Shown here: positions 10,109 to 19,556 of the stretch, piece after piece
Layout: each line of letters begins with the position of its first letter
How positions within the stretch are numbered: position 1 is the first letter of the stretch
DNA from: Kofleriaceae bacterium
GTDB lineage: Bacteria; Myxococcota_A; Polyangia; Haliangiales; Haliangiaceae
Assembly: GCA_046590445.1 (NCBI GenBank)
Contig: JBKJUF010000048.1
Location: 1 to 63,185, forward strand
Length of the DNA stretch: 63,185 nt
Reading direction: 5' to 3'
Position numbers and translations under genes: made by a program
Notes under the pieces: model-generated
Told to the model about the DNA's origin: nothing
What the model saw: only the letters and a program-made list of their open reading frames with translations
Databases searched by the model: none

Positions 10109-12523
10109 GTGCACGTTCGGGCTGTTGTACTGCTGGCGGCGATCGCCGGCTGTTCGCCGCCCGAGGTGACGCCGGAGCCGCCGCCGCCGCGCTGGGTGTA
10201 CGCGCCTGGTGAGGTCGCGATCCTCGGGGCACCAGACGGGCGGATCGGCCGGAGCCAGGGACCGCAGCTCGCGCCCTCGCTCGGGATCGTCGGCGAGGTC
10301 CGGGTGCCGTTGCGCCAGGGCACGCCGTGGGCGGTGCCGGGGGGATCGCAGGCGCGCGCGGTCGTGTACGGGCTCGAGGGAGTGAGGACGGCGATCGAGC
10401 TGATCGAGGTCGATGCCGGGCGCGTGGTGTGGCGGGACACGGCGGCGTGCGCGGGGCCGGTCGTCGGCGTGACCGAGGACGTGGTCGTGTGCACGGACGG
10501 GAAGGGCGTGCGGGGGATCGGGCTCGACGGCAAGCAGCGGTGGGCTCGCGAGGGCGCGTACATCGCGATGACCGAGGACCGCGTGGTGCTTGCGGGCGTG
10601 GCCGAGGCGGTGGTGCACGACGCGACGTCGGGCGACGAGGTCACGCGCGTGAAGCTGCCGGCGACAGTGATGATCGACGCGGTGCTCGCGAGCTGCGGTG
10701 ATGCGGGACGCGAGCTGTTCGCGGCGGGGCAGGACGGCAAGCTGACGCGGATCGCGGAGGGCAAGGGTGGGCCGGCGGTGAGCTGGGCCGTCCCGATCGG
10801 CAAGATCGACGAGCTCGAGGCCTGCACCGGCGACACCGTGCTGGTGCGCGAGGCGGGCGTCGAGGGCGGCACATTGGTCGCGCTGGCGCGGGCGACCGGG
10901 CAGGTGACGGGACGCGTGCCCGATGTTCATGGTTACTGGAAAGCGCGCGACGGCAGCGATCGCCTCGAGATCGCGCGTGCCGACGGGCTCGCGACCTGGC
11001 CGCGCGATCTGGTCGTTGCCCCGGCGGGGCCGCCGCTCACGTCGACGCTGGCACTCGGGGAGCTGCTCGCCGAGCGTGGCGACCGCCGGCTGGTGCGCGC
11101 GTCGGAGCTGACCGCGGTCCTGCTCGACCGCGACGGGGTGCGCGCCTACGTGCCATTCGCCGACATGGCCGCCGTGCTCGGTGACAGCGCGATCGTCAGC
11201 GCGAGCTGGAACGGTGTGGCGAGCCAACACGTCCGGCGCACCGGGATCCCGCCGCGCTATCGCAAGGAGCTGCGGCTGCCGGCGCGGCGCGGCGGCGTGG
11301 CGGTCGCGGCCGAGCTGCGCGATCTTCCCGCGCTCGAGCCGCTCGAGCTCGAGACCGTGCTCGCGAAGCCCGATACCGGCAAGCACGCGGTGCTCGACGT
11401 CGCGGTCGATCCGAACGACAGCGCGGTCGTCTACACGCTGCAGCTCGAGCGGCCAGATGACGAGACCGGCGCGCCCAGCGTGGCGAGCGTCGATCTCGCG
11501 AAGCGCGCGTGGCGATGGCAGCGCGCCGACGCGTGTGGGACCGGCGAGTCCGCCGGCTTCGCCGTGGCGCGCGACGTGATCGTGTGCGCGACCCGGACGC
11601 GGACCACGCCAGGCGCGATCGTGCGCGCGACGAATCGCGACGGCGCAGCGCGTTGGGAATGGGAAGGTGACGGCATCGACCGGATCGAGGCAGCGGGTGA
11701 CACGGTGCTCGTGTTCGATGCGGCCCAGCTGCTCGTGCTCGATTCCGCGAGCGGTAAGCTGCGCGGACGGATCGCGAGCGACGATGGTGCACGCGTGCGC
11801 GCCGCGGCGATCGCGGTGGGGACCACGACGTTCGTGGTCGCGTACGAGCGCGGGCGTGTCGTCGCGCGGATCGCGGCGGGGATGCTGCCGGTGTGGTCGT
11901 ACGCCGTCGACGGGGTGGTCGAGGCGATCGCGCGGTCGGCAGATGGCGCGCTGGTGTCGCTCGAGGACGGTGACGCCTACCGGATCGTGCTGCCGGCGGG
12001 CACCGTGCATCCGCTGCCAGGCCTCAACCTCGAGTGGCGCGCGCCGGGCGATCTCGTCGCGGCGAGCACGGCCGGCGGGCCGATCCCCGGCATCAAGCTG
12101 CCGGCGCCGACCCCGCCGAAGCTCCGGGTGCTGGCGCCACTCGGCCGCCGGCCGCCGCCCGTCGAGCAGGATCCCGAGCGCCCGCGGATGTGGACGCCGA
12201 TCCCGTCGCCACCGCCCCTCGGCGACAGCTGGCAGCTCACCCTGTTCGAGCTCGCCGGCGGGATCCGCGCTCGCAACGACTATGGGCTGTTCCCGCCGAT
12301 CACACCGGCGCGCGAGCGTGGGCCTGCGGGGAGCCCGCTCGTCGTGGCGTCGAGCCCGGGGCTTCGTGAGATCCTCGTGCTCGATCCGCGGAACGGCGAT
12401 CCGCTGCGCCGCGTCCAGCTCGTCGACGATGCGGCGCCCGGCCTCGTGTTCGGCACTATCGTCGACGGCACGCCGGTTGCCGGTGCGATCCTGCAGGGGC
12501 CACTGCGGGTCGTCATCTTTTGA
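10109..12523 (+). CDS. large hypothetical lipoprotein, possibly a PQQ-like/BamB-like beta-propeller repeat protein
   Basis: A GTG start gives a signal peptide with a lipobox (VVLLAAIAGCS). Repeated G-x-V/hydrophobic-D-G strand patterns resemble PQQ-like repeats, but the family assignment is tentative. Confidence 0.65.
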   Translation: MHVRAVVLLAAIAGCSPPEVTPEPPPPRWVYAPGEVAILGAPDGRIGRSQGPQLAPSLGIVGEVRVPLRQGTPWAVPGGSQARAVVYGLEGVRTAIELIEVDAGRVVWRDTAACAGPVVGVTEDVVVCTDGKGVRGIGLDGKQRWAREGAYIAMTEDRVVLAGVAEAVVHDATSGDEVTRVKLPATVMIDAVLASCGDAGRELFAAGQDGKLTRIAEGKGGPAVSWAVPIGKIDELEACTGDTVLVREAGVEGGTLVALARATGQVTGRVPDVHGYWKARDGSDRLEIARADGLATWPRDLVVAPAGPPLTSTLALGELLAERGDRRLVRASELTAVLLDRDGVRAYVPFADMAAVLGDSAIVSASWNGVASQHVRRTGIPPRYRKELRLPARRGGVAVAAELRDLPALEPLELETVLAKPDTGKHAVLDVAVDPNDSAVVYTLQLERPDDETGAPSVASVDLAKRAWRWQRADACGTGESAGFAVARDVIVCATRTRTTPGAIVRATNRDGAARWEWEGDGIDRIEAAGDTVLVFDAAQLLVLDSASGKLRGRIASDDGARVRAAAIAVGTTTFVVAYERGRVVARIAAGMLPVWSYAVDGVVEAIARSADGALVSLEDGDAYRIVLPAGTVHPLPGLNLEWRAPGDLVAASTAGGPIPGIKLPAPTPPKLRVLAPLGRRPPPVEQDPERPRMWTPIPSPPPLGDSWQLTLFELAGGIRARNDYGLFPPITPARERGPAGSPLVVASSPGLREILVLDPRNGDPLRRVQLVDDAAPGLVFGTIVDGTPVAGAILQGPLRVVIF

Positions 12524-12572
12524 CCTACCGGCGGCGCGACGACGGCGTGCATCCCGGCTATACGATCCAGCA

Positions 12573-13232
12573 ATGGCACTCCCGCTCCGCGCTGCGCTGC
12601 GTTCCGCCGGCCGCTTCATGGTCAAGAACCCCACGACGATGCTGAGCATGGCGCGCCACGCGCTGGGCATGCGGATCGCGGTGCCACTCGACGCGCTCCG
12701 CTGGTTCATCGCCAACACGCCGCCGTCGAAGAAGGCGCCACAGGACGTGACGATCACGCCGCGCCCGCCGGCGATCGGACTCGGTGCGACCGTCGACCTG
12801 ATGGGCACCACCGTACGTGCAGGCGCATCGATCCGCATCGATCAGATCGAGGTCACCGACACCGCGTTCAAGGTCACGCTGCGCCTCGCGGACGTCACGA
12901 TGAAGGTGCTCGGCGAGTCGTTCACGCCGGTCGCCGGTCTCATCAAGTCGGGCGCGCTCGATCTGAGCAAGCCGGGCAACCTCGCCAAGTTCATGCCGAA
13001 GCGTCCGCCGGTCCTCGTCGAGGCCCACGACGACATCATCGTGCTCGACCTCATGAAGAACGAGAAGTTCGCCGCCAACGATCGCGTGCGCGGGCTCCTC
13101 GGCACGCTGACCCCGGTCGCTCAGGTCGCCGGGTTGACCACGGAAGGCGACTTCCTGATCGTCCAGCTGCGTGTGAGCCCGTTCGGCATTCCACGGGCGC
13201 TCAACGCCGCGCGCGCGCTCGCCGCCGGCTGA
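12573..13232 (+). CDS. hypothetical protein
   Basis: ATG at 12573 lies in the frame of track ORF 11667..13232. Only this downstream part has protein-like composition (MALPLRAALRSAGRFMVKNPTTMLS...). The upstream part overlaps the preceding gene. Confidence 0.6.
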   Translation: MALPLRAALRSAGRFMVKNPTTMLSMARHALGMRIAVPLDALRWFIANTPPSKKAPQDVTITPRPPAIGLGATVDLMGTTVRAGASIRIDQIEVTDTAFKVTLRLADVTMKVLGESFTPVAGLIKSGALDLSKPGNLAKFMPKRPPVLVEAHDDIIVLDLMKNEKFAANDRVRGLLGTLTPVAQVAGLTTEGDFLIVQLRVSPFGIPRALNAARALAAG

Positions 13233-13246
13233 TCTGGAGCGCGACC

Positions 13247-13753
13247 ATGGAGAGCGTCGCGTTCACCGAGAGTGACAAGGCGACGCGTTATCGCGAGCTG
13301 CTGCCCCAGCTCGCATCACTGATCGCGGACGAGGCCGATCTCGTCGCGAACCTCGCGAACACGACGGCGGCGCTGCGTGCCTGCCTGCCGATCGCGTCGT
13401 GGGTCGGCTTCTACGTCCGGAAGGGCGACGAGCTCGTGCTCGGCCCGTTCCAGGGCAACGTGGCGTGCGTGCGGATCGCGCTCGGCAAGGGCGTCTGCGG
13501 CACCGCGGCGAGCGAGCGGCGCACGCTGATCGTTCCCGACGTCGACAAGTTTCCCGGCCACATCACGTGCGATGCCGGATCGCGCAGCGAGATCGTCGTG
13601 CCGATCGTGCGCGGTAACCTCGGGCGCGAACCCGACGAAACCGACGTCGTCGCGGTGCTCGATCTCGACAGCTACGAGCTCGCCGCCTTCGATGACGTCG
13701 ACGCCGCGGGACTCGCGCCGATCGCGCGGCTGCTGGGCGGCCTGGCATGGTGA
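13247..13753 (+). CDS. GAF domain protein of the free methionine-(R)-sulfoxide reductase (YebR/fRMsr) type
   Basis: At 168 aa it matches the small single-GAF fRMsr family in size and in the motifs WVGFY, LGPFQG, ALGKGVCGTAA and VPDV..FPGHI.CD..S.SEIVVP. Confidence 0.8.
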   Translation: MESVAFTESDKATRYRELLPQLASLIADEADLVANLANTTAALRACLPIASWVGFYVRKGDELVLGPFQGNVACVRIALGKGVCGTAASERRTLIVPDVDKFPGHITCDAGSRSEIVVPIVRGNLGREPDETDVVAVLDLDSYELAAFDDVDAAGLAPIARLLGGLAW

Positions 13754-14712
13754 CGCGCCTGCTCGGGCTGGTGTGCGGCCTCGTCGTCGTGGCCTGTCAG
13801 GGCAGCGACCGCGAGCCGGCGGTTGACCCGGGCTCCGCGGGTGGCGCGGTGATCGAGCGCGATGCCAGGCCCGGCTTCGGCAACCAGGATCTCGAGGACG
13901 CGGGCACGCTGCCGCCGGTCGATGCCGCCTCGGAGAAGCCCGAGGAACCCGAAGCGCCCGACGCCGGCAAGCTGATCGCCGAGCTCGGCGCGATCGCGGC
14001 GTGGCAGGCCGTGATCGATCGCGCGCAGCTGCTCGCGCGCCGCGGCCAGCACGGCATCGTCTACGGCAAGCTCGGTCCGCCGATCATGATGCTCGGCCCG
14101 GTCCCCGAACCGACCGACGCCGGCGTGAAGCCGCTCGATGCCGGCCTGATCGCCTCGCCGTATGTCTGGCTCGTCGACGATACCGAGGGCAACGGCACGC
14201 TCGGCATCCGCGTCGCGCTCGGCAAGTACACCGCGACGGAGGCCGATCGCGTCGCGCTCGGCGGTGCATGGCACCTCGACGACGAGCGGCGCTGGTTCTG
14301 GAAGGTCGACTCGCTGCAGGCGCTGCCGCCGGGGCCACCGAGCGATCTCGAGGATCCGCCGGCGGCAGTTCCGAGCCACGAGATCGTGAACGGCAACATG
14401 GCGTCCGGCGCGCGGACGATCACGGTCGCGCGCGATAACGACGCCGTGTACTTCCAGATCGTCGGGCCTCCGCCGGCACGCGATGGCGATGGCTGGCTCG
14501 TCGCGAACGAGCTCGGCGATACCCCGTTCGCGCTGATGACGCTGCCCGGCGAGCGGCCGAGCTATGGCGGCCAGGACATGCGCGCGGCCGACGAGCGCTG
14601 GCTCCTCAAGAAGGGCCAGACCTACTGGGTCCGCATCGGCAAGATCCGCAGGCGCGCCGCCGAGCAGCCCGTCGTCGTCCACGCGCGGACCGCGCCGGTT
14701 CGCATCAATTAG
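13747..14712 (+). CDS. hypothetical lipoprotein
   Basis: ATGGTGA overlap with the preceding gene. The signal peptide and lipobox are MVTRLLGLVCGLVVVACQGS. Confidence 0.6.
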   Translation: MVTRLLGLVCGLVVVACQGSDREPAVDPGSAGGAVIERDARPGFGNQDLEDAGTLPPVDAASEKPEEPEAPDAGKLIAELGAIAAWQAVIDRAQLLARRGQHGIVYGKLGPPIMMLGPVPEPTDAGVKPLDAGLIASPYVWLVDDTEGNGTLGIRVALGKYTATEADRVALGGAWHLDDERRWFWKVDSLQALPPGPPSDLEDPPAAVPSHEIVNGNMASGARTITVARDNDAVYFQIVGPPPARDGDGWLVANELGDTPFALMTLPGERPSYGGQDMRAADERWLLKKGQTYWVRIGKIRRRAAEQPVVVHARTAPVRIN

Positions 14713-15013
14713 GCGGGCCGAGCACGACGTAGGGGCGGATCGCATTGACGGTGTGCTCGCCGATGCCATCGATGTCGACGAGATCCTCGAGCGTCGTGAA
14801 GTGACCGCCCCGCGCATTGCGTGACGCGACGATGCTGCGCGCGCGCTTCGGCCCGAGAGCGGGCAACGCCTCGAGCTCCTTCACGGTCGCGCGGTTGATG
14901 TTGAGCGGGGCGAGCGTCGGCGGCGGTTGCGATGACCCGCCGGATTCCTCGCAGCCGGTCACCGCGAGCAGGAGCGTGAAGAGCAGCATCAGCGGGCGCA
15001 TCATCGTGATCAT
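14705..15013 (-). CDS. ComEA-like helix-hairpin-helix DNA-binding lipoprotein
   Basis: ATG at 15013 gives MITMMRPLMLLFTLLLAVTGC, then LNINRATVKELEALPALGPKRARSIV and LVDIDGIGEHTV HhH motifs. Confidence 0.75.
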   Translation of the reverse strand: MITMMRPLMLLFTLLLAVTGCEESGGSSQPPPTLAPLNINRATVKELEALPALGPKRARSIVASRNARGGHFTTLEDLVDIDGIGEHTVNAIRPYVVLGPPN

Positions 15014-15112
15014 ACGCGGATCGCCGCGCCGGCGACGCCGCCCACACCAGCCTACCCACCGTCCTGGCTGGCCCGCCATACACAACTCGATGCCCTGGCC
15101 GACCCGGTCTGC

Positions 15113-15382
15113 ATGAGCGCTTCCAAGATCGATTGTCCGACGTGTCGCCGTAGCAACGATCCGTGGCGCCGTCATTGTGGCGGCTGCGGCAGCGGTCTGC
15201 CAGGCGGCTGTACGAGCTGCGGCATGGTCAACAGCCTCGAGGATCGGTTCTGTGGCGGGTGCGCGACCGCGCTGCGCGTGACCTCCGCGGCGTCGGCTCG
15301 CAAGGTACCAACGCCGCCCAAGCCGATGCAGCAGACGATGCCGATCGACGTCCGCGACGTCCTCTCCGAAAAAGATCTCTAA
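15113..15382 (+). CDS. small double zinc-ribbon protein
   Basis: The 89-aa protein has four CxxC-type pairs: CPTC, CGGC, CTSC and CGGC. Confidence 0.5.
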   Translation: MSASKIDCPTCRRSNDPWRRHCGGCGSGLPGGCTSCGMVNSLEDRFCGGCATALRVTSAASARKVPTPPKPMQQTMPIDVRDVLSEKDL

Positions 15383-17685
15383 CCGCGACGCCGGCGCCGC
15401 AGCAGCAGCGCCGCGACCACGACCGCCATCGCGATCGGCGAGCTCGGCGTCGTCTGCGCGCCGCAGCAGCCCGAGCGACGCGGTTTGCTCTTGCCGCGGA
15501 CCGGCGGTGGCTTCGTGCCGACCGCGGAGGCCGCGTTCGCCGCCTCGGGATCGGCGGACACCACGCACGCATGGTCGAGCGTCATGATCACCGGCCGGGC
15601 CAGCATCTCGCCACCCGCCGCGAGGGTGATCGCGCAACCATCACCGTCGAGCTTCGCGGTCACCGTCGTCTTGCCGTCGGCTTCGGGTGCGTCGAGCACG
15701 ACGTGCGTGATCGCCTCGCCGCGCGGCGCACGATAGCTGAAGCCCGCACCCGGCTTCGTCGGCCACACCACGACCGCCTGGCGCGGCCCCGCGAGCTCCA
15801 CGCCGGCCCACGTCTTCTCGCCGAGCGCCGTGGCCTTCGCGGTGGCACCTGGTGCGAGCGCGGTGATCACGTGGACCGCGCGCGGCTGCGGTCCGGGCAC
15901 GATCAGCCGGAAGTCCATCACCGGAAACCGCGCGGCATCGCACTGACCCTTCTTGATGCCCTCTGCGAAGCAGTCCTTGCCGGACGGCCGGCCGCGCGCG
16001 GGCTTGCCGCCACTCCGCGCGACGCTCGTGATCGCGAGCTGGGTCGCGCCAACTGTCAACGTGCCAACGTCGCCTGCGATCTCGATCGGGCCCGGCACCC
16101 GGAACCGCAGGTGCATCGCGCGCCCGGCCGCATTCGTGGTCGCGCGATCGACGACGACGAGCGCGGCATCGGTGCCGTCCGCACCTGGCAGCAGTACAAA
16201 ATCGCGGATCGCATCGGGCACGTCACTCGCGCGGTGCTGGAACCGGTACTGGTCGGAGTAGTCGCAACGCGCGGCGACCACGCCCGAGCGGGTCTGCGTC
16301 GTCCAGTCCCAGCCGCTCTTCACGCCCCAGCCGCCCTGGCTCGGGATGTAGTCCGGCGGTAGGTGCGCGGACGCGACGGTCGGGGCATTGCCGGTGAGCG
16401 TCGACTGCGAGCCATACGGTGAGGGATCGACGATCACGTCGTCCTTGCCGCGCGCGAGCACGAAGTTGCCGGTGTTGGGATGGCGGTGATCGATGTCGAG
16501 CGTGCGCTGGCACTCGGTGATGAACCACACCGTGCGCTCGTCCCACCGGGTGCGCGCGAACAAGGTCCCGGTCGCGGCGGTGAGGTACCACGTCGGCCAC
16601 GTCGCGCGCGGCACGAGCGCGGGCCGGTCGCCGACGGTGGCGAGCGCGTCGTGCAGGAGGTAGTCGCGATCGGTGAGTCGCAACCTCGACAGCTCGCCCT
16701 TCGCCCACTGCCGGGTCTGCGCGGAGGCATCGCCGAGCGCCATCGCGTTCAGCGTGTTGACATGCGGATCGATGTTCGCCGTCTCCGCCTCGGTGTCGCC
16801 TCCCGGGAACACCTTGTCGCCGGGCGACATCCCGTAGACGTGACGGCGCAGCATGCTCGCGAGCCACGCCTCGACACCCTCTACCGGGATCCCGGCGCGC
16901 CTGGCAACCCGCGCGGCGAGCGCATACGACGTCACCGCGAGCGGCCCGTACTGCCAGCCTTCGGGCCAGTCGCCGCCGTCGAGGATGCCGCCGGTCGCGA
17001 GCGCCGCGGCCATGTCCTTGCCCCACAGCTCGTCGGCGACGAACCGCCACAGCAGCATGCCTTCCTCGCCCGCTTCCTTGCCCTGCGCGACCGCGATCAG
17101 CGTCGCCGACACGAGGTAGCCGGCCTGGTAGTTGGTACCGGGCGTTCGTGCGCGATAGCCATGCTCGCGATACCACGCAAGCCACGCCGCCCACCGCGTG
17201 CGTGCCTTCGCGCGCAGCTCCGGCGTCAGCTGATCATGCAGCCAGTCGTACGCGATCGCGGTGTACGGCCCGAGGTTGCGGATCGCATAGCCGTCGTCGC
17301 GGGTCGCGGCCTTGTCGCCGCCGAGCCCGTCCCCGATGCGATCGAGATCGTCGAGCAGCGCCTTGTAGAACCGGATCGCGACCTTCGCGTAGTCGGCCTG
17401 ATCGGTCGCCGCCCACGCGACCAGGCAGGCCTGGAGGATCTTCGCCCACTCGCTGCCCTGGTAGACCGCGCGGTCGTGCTCCGCGGTATCGCGCGCGCTC
17501 TGGCACAGCGCGATCGCTCCCTTGACCGGGCCGCGGTTCGCGGCGGCCTCGGCCTTCCACGCCGCCCGCAGCTCGGCGTCGAGGAGGATCCGCGGGTGCG
17601 CGCCGCTCGGCTCCGGGGGAGCGGCGTGCGCGAGCCCGGACCACACGAGGACGGCGACAGCGACACCCGCGACAACGATGCGCAC
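15379..17685 (-). CDS. heparinase II/III-like (polysaccharide lyase-like) secreted protein with MYXO-CTERM-type tail
   Basis: A signal peptide is followed by an alpha/alpha toroid-like N-terminal region (HPRILLD..., YAIRNLGPYTAIAYDWLHD). It also has DHRHPNTGNFVLARGKDDVIVDPSPYG, typical of the Hepar_II_III C-terminal domain. The C-terminus is GCCGAQ...AMAVVVAALLLRRRRRG. Confidence 0.7.
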   Translation of the reverse strand: MRIVVAGVAVAVLVWSGLAHAAPPEPSGAHPRILLDAELRAAWKAEAAANRGPVKGAIALCQSARDTAEHDRAVYQGSEWAKILQACLVAWAATDQADYAKVAIRFYKALLDDLDRIGDGLGGDKAATRDDGYAIRNLGPYTAIAYDWLHDQLTPELRAKARTRWAAWLAWYREHGYRARTPGTNYQAGYLVSATLIAVAQGKEAGEEGMLLWRFVADELWGKDMAAALATGGILDGGDWPEGWQYGPLAVTSYALAARVARRAGIPVEGVEAWLASMLRRHVYGMSPGDKVFPGGDTEAETANIDPHVNTLNAMALGDASAQTRQWAKGELSRLRLTDRDYLLHDALATVGDRPALVPRATWPTWYLTAATGTLFARTRWDERTVWFITECQRTLDIDHRHPNTGNFVLARGKDDVIVDPSPYGSQSTLTGNAPTVASAHLPPDYIPSQGGWGVKSGWDWTTQTRSGVVAARCDYSDQYRFQHRASDVPDAIRDFVLLPGADGTDAALVVVDRATTNAAGRAMHLRFRVPGPIEIAGDVGTLTVGATQLAITSVARSGGKPARGRPSGKDCFAEGIKKGQCDAARFPVMDFRLIVPGPQPRAVHVITALAPGATAKATALGEKTWAGVELAGPRQAVVVWPTKPGAGFSYRAPRGEAITHVVLDAPEADGKTTVTAKLDGDGCAITLAAGGEMLARPVIMTLDHACVVSADPEAANAASAVGTKPPPVRGKSKPRRSGCCGAQTTPSSPIAMAVVVAALLLRRRRRG

Positions 17686-17715
17686 GGCGGGACCGTACCA
17701 CCGTCGCCGTGAGAT

Positions 17716-19395
17716 TCAGCGGCTCGCGCTGCGACCCTTGAGCGCGATCGCCTTGCCGATCAGCCCGACGAGCTCCTGGCGATCCGCGCTGTCACCGACC
17801 GCGCCCTTGGCGACGTCACGGATCTGCGCGAGCGACCAGTGCTCGGCATCCTCGCCGCCGCGCAGGACATCGGCGAACGCGACCACCGCGAACGCGAACC
17901 GGAAGTCGGCAGGTGCGTTCGCGAACGCCGCCACCGGTCCACCGATCATCGGGAACGCGGACTCGATCGCCTTCTGACCGGTCGGCTCCTTGTGACGGAT
18001 CCGCACGGTCGCGATCGGCGCGTTCGCCTGCTTGCCGGCATCGGTCAGCTCGACCTCGTAGAGCGCGGTGACCTGGTGACCGGCGCCGATCTCGCCGGCG
18101 TCGACGGTGTCGACCCGGAAGTCGTTGTCGGCGATGTCGCGGTTCTCGTAGCCGACGAGGCGGTACCGCGAGACGAGCTTGGCGTCGAAGTCGATCTGGA
18201 ACTTCGCGTCCTTCGCGACGACCTCGAGCGTCGAGCCGAGTTGCTTCTCGAACACCTTCTTCGCCGCGTCGATCGAGTCGATATAGAAGTTGTTGCCGTT
18301 GCCCTTGTTCGCGAGCTGCTCCATGAGCTCGTCCTTGTAGTTGCCGGTGCCAAAGCCGATCGTCGACAGCGTCACGCCTTCCTTCACGCGGCCGCTGACA
18401 AGCTTCAGGATCTCCTCGTGCGTGGCCTTGCCGACGTTCGCGTCTCCGTCGGAGAGCACGATCACGCGCGAGATCACGCCGGGGCGCAGCCCCTTCATCG
18501 CCTGCTGATACGCGAGGTCGATGCCCGAGCCCATCGCCGTCGAGCCACCCGAGGACAGCTCGTCGATCGCCGACAGGATCCGCTGCTTGTGCTGCATGCC
18601 CGTCGGCTGGAGCACGACGCGCGTCGAGCCGGCGTACGTCACGAGCGAGACCGTGTCGTGCTCCTGGAGGTTCTGCGTGAGGATCCGCAGCGACTTCTTC
18701 GCGAGCCCGAGCCGATCCTCGGCGGCCATCGAGCCCGAGACGTCGACGAGGAACACCAGGTTCGCGGGCTTGCGTGCTTCCTCGGCCTTGACCTTGGTCG
18801 CGACGCCCACCCGCAGGATGTGACGCGCCGGGTTCACCGGCGACGGCGCCGCCTGCATGATCACCGAGAACGGCGTGCCGGTCGTCGGGTCGGCGAACGC
18901 GTAGTCGAAGTAGTTCACGAACTCCTCGACGCGGACCGCCGCGGCGGGCGGCAACGCGCCCTCGTTCAGCTTGCGGCGCGCGAGGGTGTAAGACGCGGTG
19001 TCGACATCCGCGGCGAACGTCGACAGGTGGTCCTTGTCGGCACTCGTCCACGGGTTCTGGCCGTAGTTCTTGTAGGCCTCACCGCCGGTATTCTTTTCGC
19101 CCTTCGCGAGGCCGGCGTAGCCGGTGGTCGCGGTGGCAGGCGTGGTGGTGACCGCGCGATCGGTCGGCTTGGCCGCGAGGCCGACGCGCTTGCTGTCGGT
19201 GATCGATTCGCCCAGCGCCTCATCGCGCTCGGGGTGCGGCGGCGGCAGGTCCCGAGTCGCTGCTGACCCAGCATTGGAGTTGCCCGTCGCCCCGTGCTCC
19301 CGGACGGCCGGGGAGGCCTTGTCAGCCTGTTTCGAGCAGGCGGTGGACAGCAGGGTGGTGCCAAGCAGCAGGGACGTCAGGGTCTTGCGGAACAT
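17716..19395 (-). CDS. von Willebrand factor type A domain lipoprotein (YfbK-like architecture)
   Basis: ATG 19395 is preceded by AAGGAG, and the lipobox is LLSTAC. An N-terminal STFAADVDTASY...VRVEEFVNYF block is followed by the VWA MIDAS motif (FLVDVSGSM) and a conserved C-terminal domain. Confidence 0.85.
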   Translation of the reverse strand: MFRKTLTSLLLGTTLLSTACSKQADKASPAVREHGATGNSNAGSAATRDLPPPHPERDEALGESITDSKRVGLAAKPTDRAVTTTPATATTGYAGLAKGEKNTGGEAYKNYGQNPWTSADKDHLSTFAADVDTASYTLARRKLNEGALPPAAAVRVEEFVNYFDYAFADPTTGTPFSVIMQAAPSPVNPARHILRVGVATKVKAEEARKPANLVFLVDVSGSMAAEDRLGLAKKSLRILTQNLQEHDTVSLVTYAGSTRVVLQPTGMQHKQRILSAIDELSSGGSTAMGSGIDLAYQQAMKGLRPGVISRVIVLSDGDANVGKATHEEILKLVSGRVKEGVTLSTIGFGTGNYKDELMEQLANKGNGNNFYIDSIDAAKKVFEKQLGSTLEVVAKDAKFQIDFDAKLVSRYRLVGYENRDIADNDFRVDTVDAGEIGAGHQVTALYEVELTDAGKQANAPIATVRIRHKEPTGQKAIESAFPMIGGPVAAFANAPADFRFAFAVVAFADVLRGGEDAEHWSLAQIRDVAKGAVGDSADRQELVGLIGKAIALKGRSASR

Positions 19396-19556
19396 GGATT
19401 CTCCTTGCGAGGTGAGACCCCATGCGACGCGCCATCCGTGGCGGTGGTCTGCAAATTCTCGTCGGAACTTTGTCGTGGCGCGCGGACAACAAATCGACGC
19501 GCCGCGACCACAAACATCCAAGCCGCGCCCGGCAGAGGGTGTAAGCGCGTGGCGAA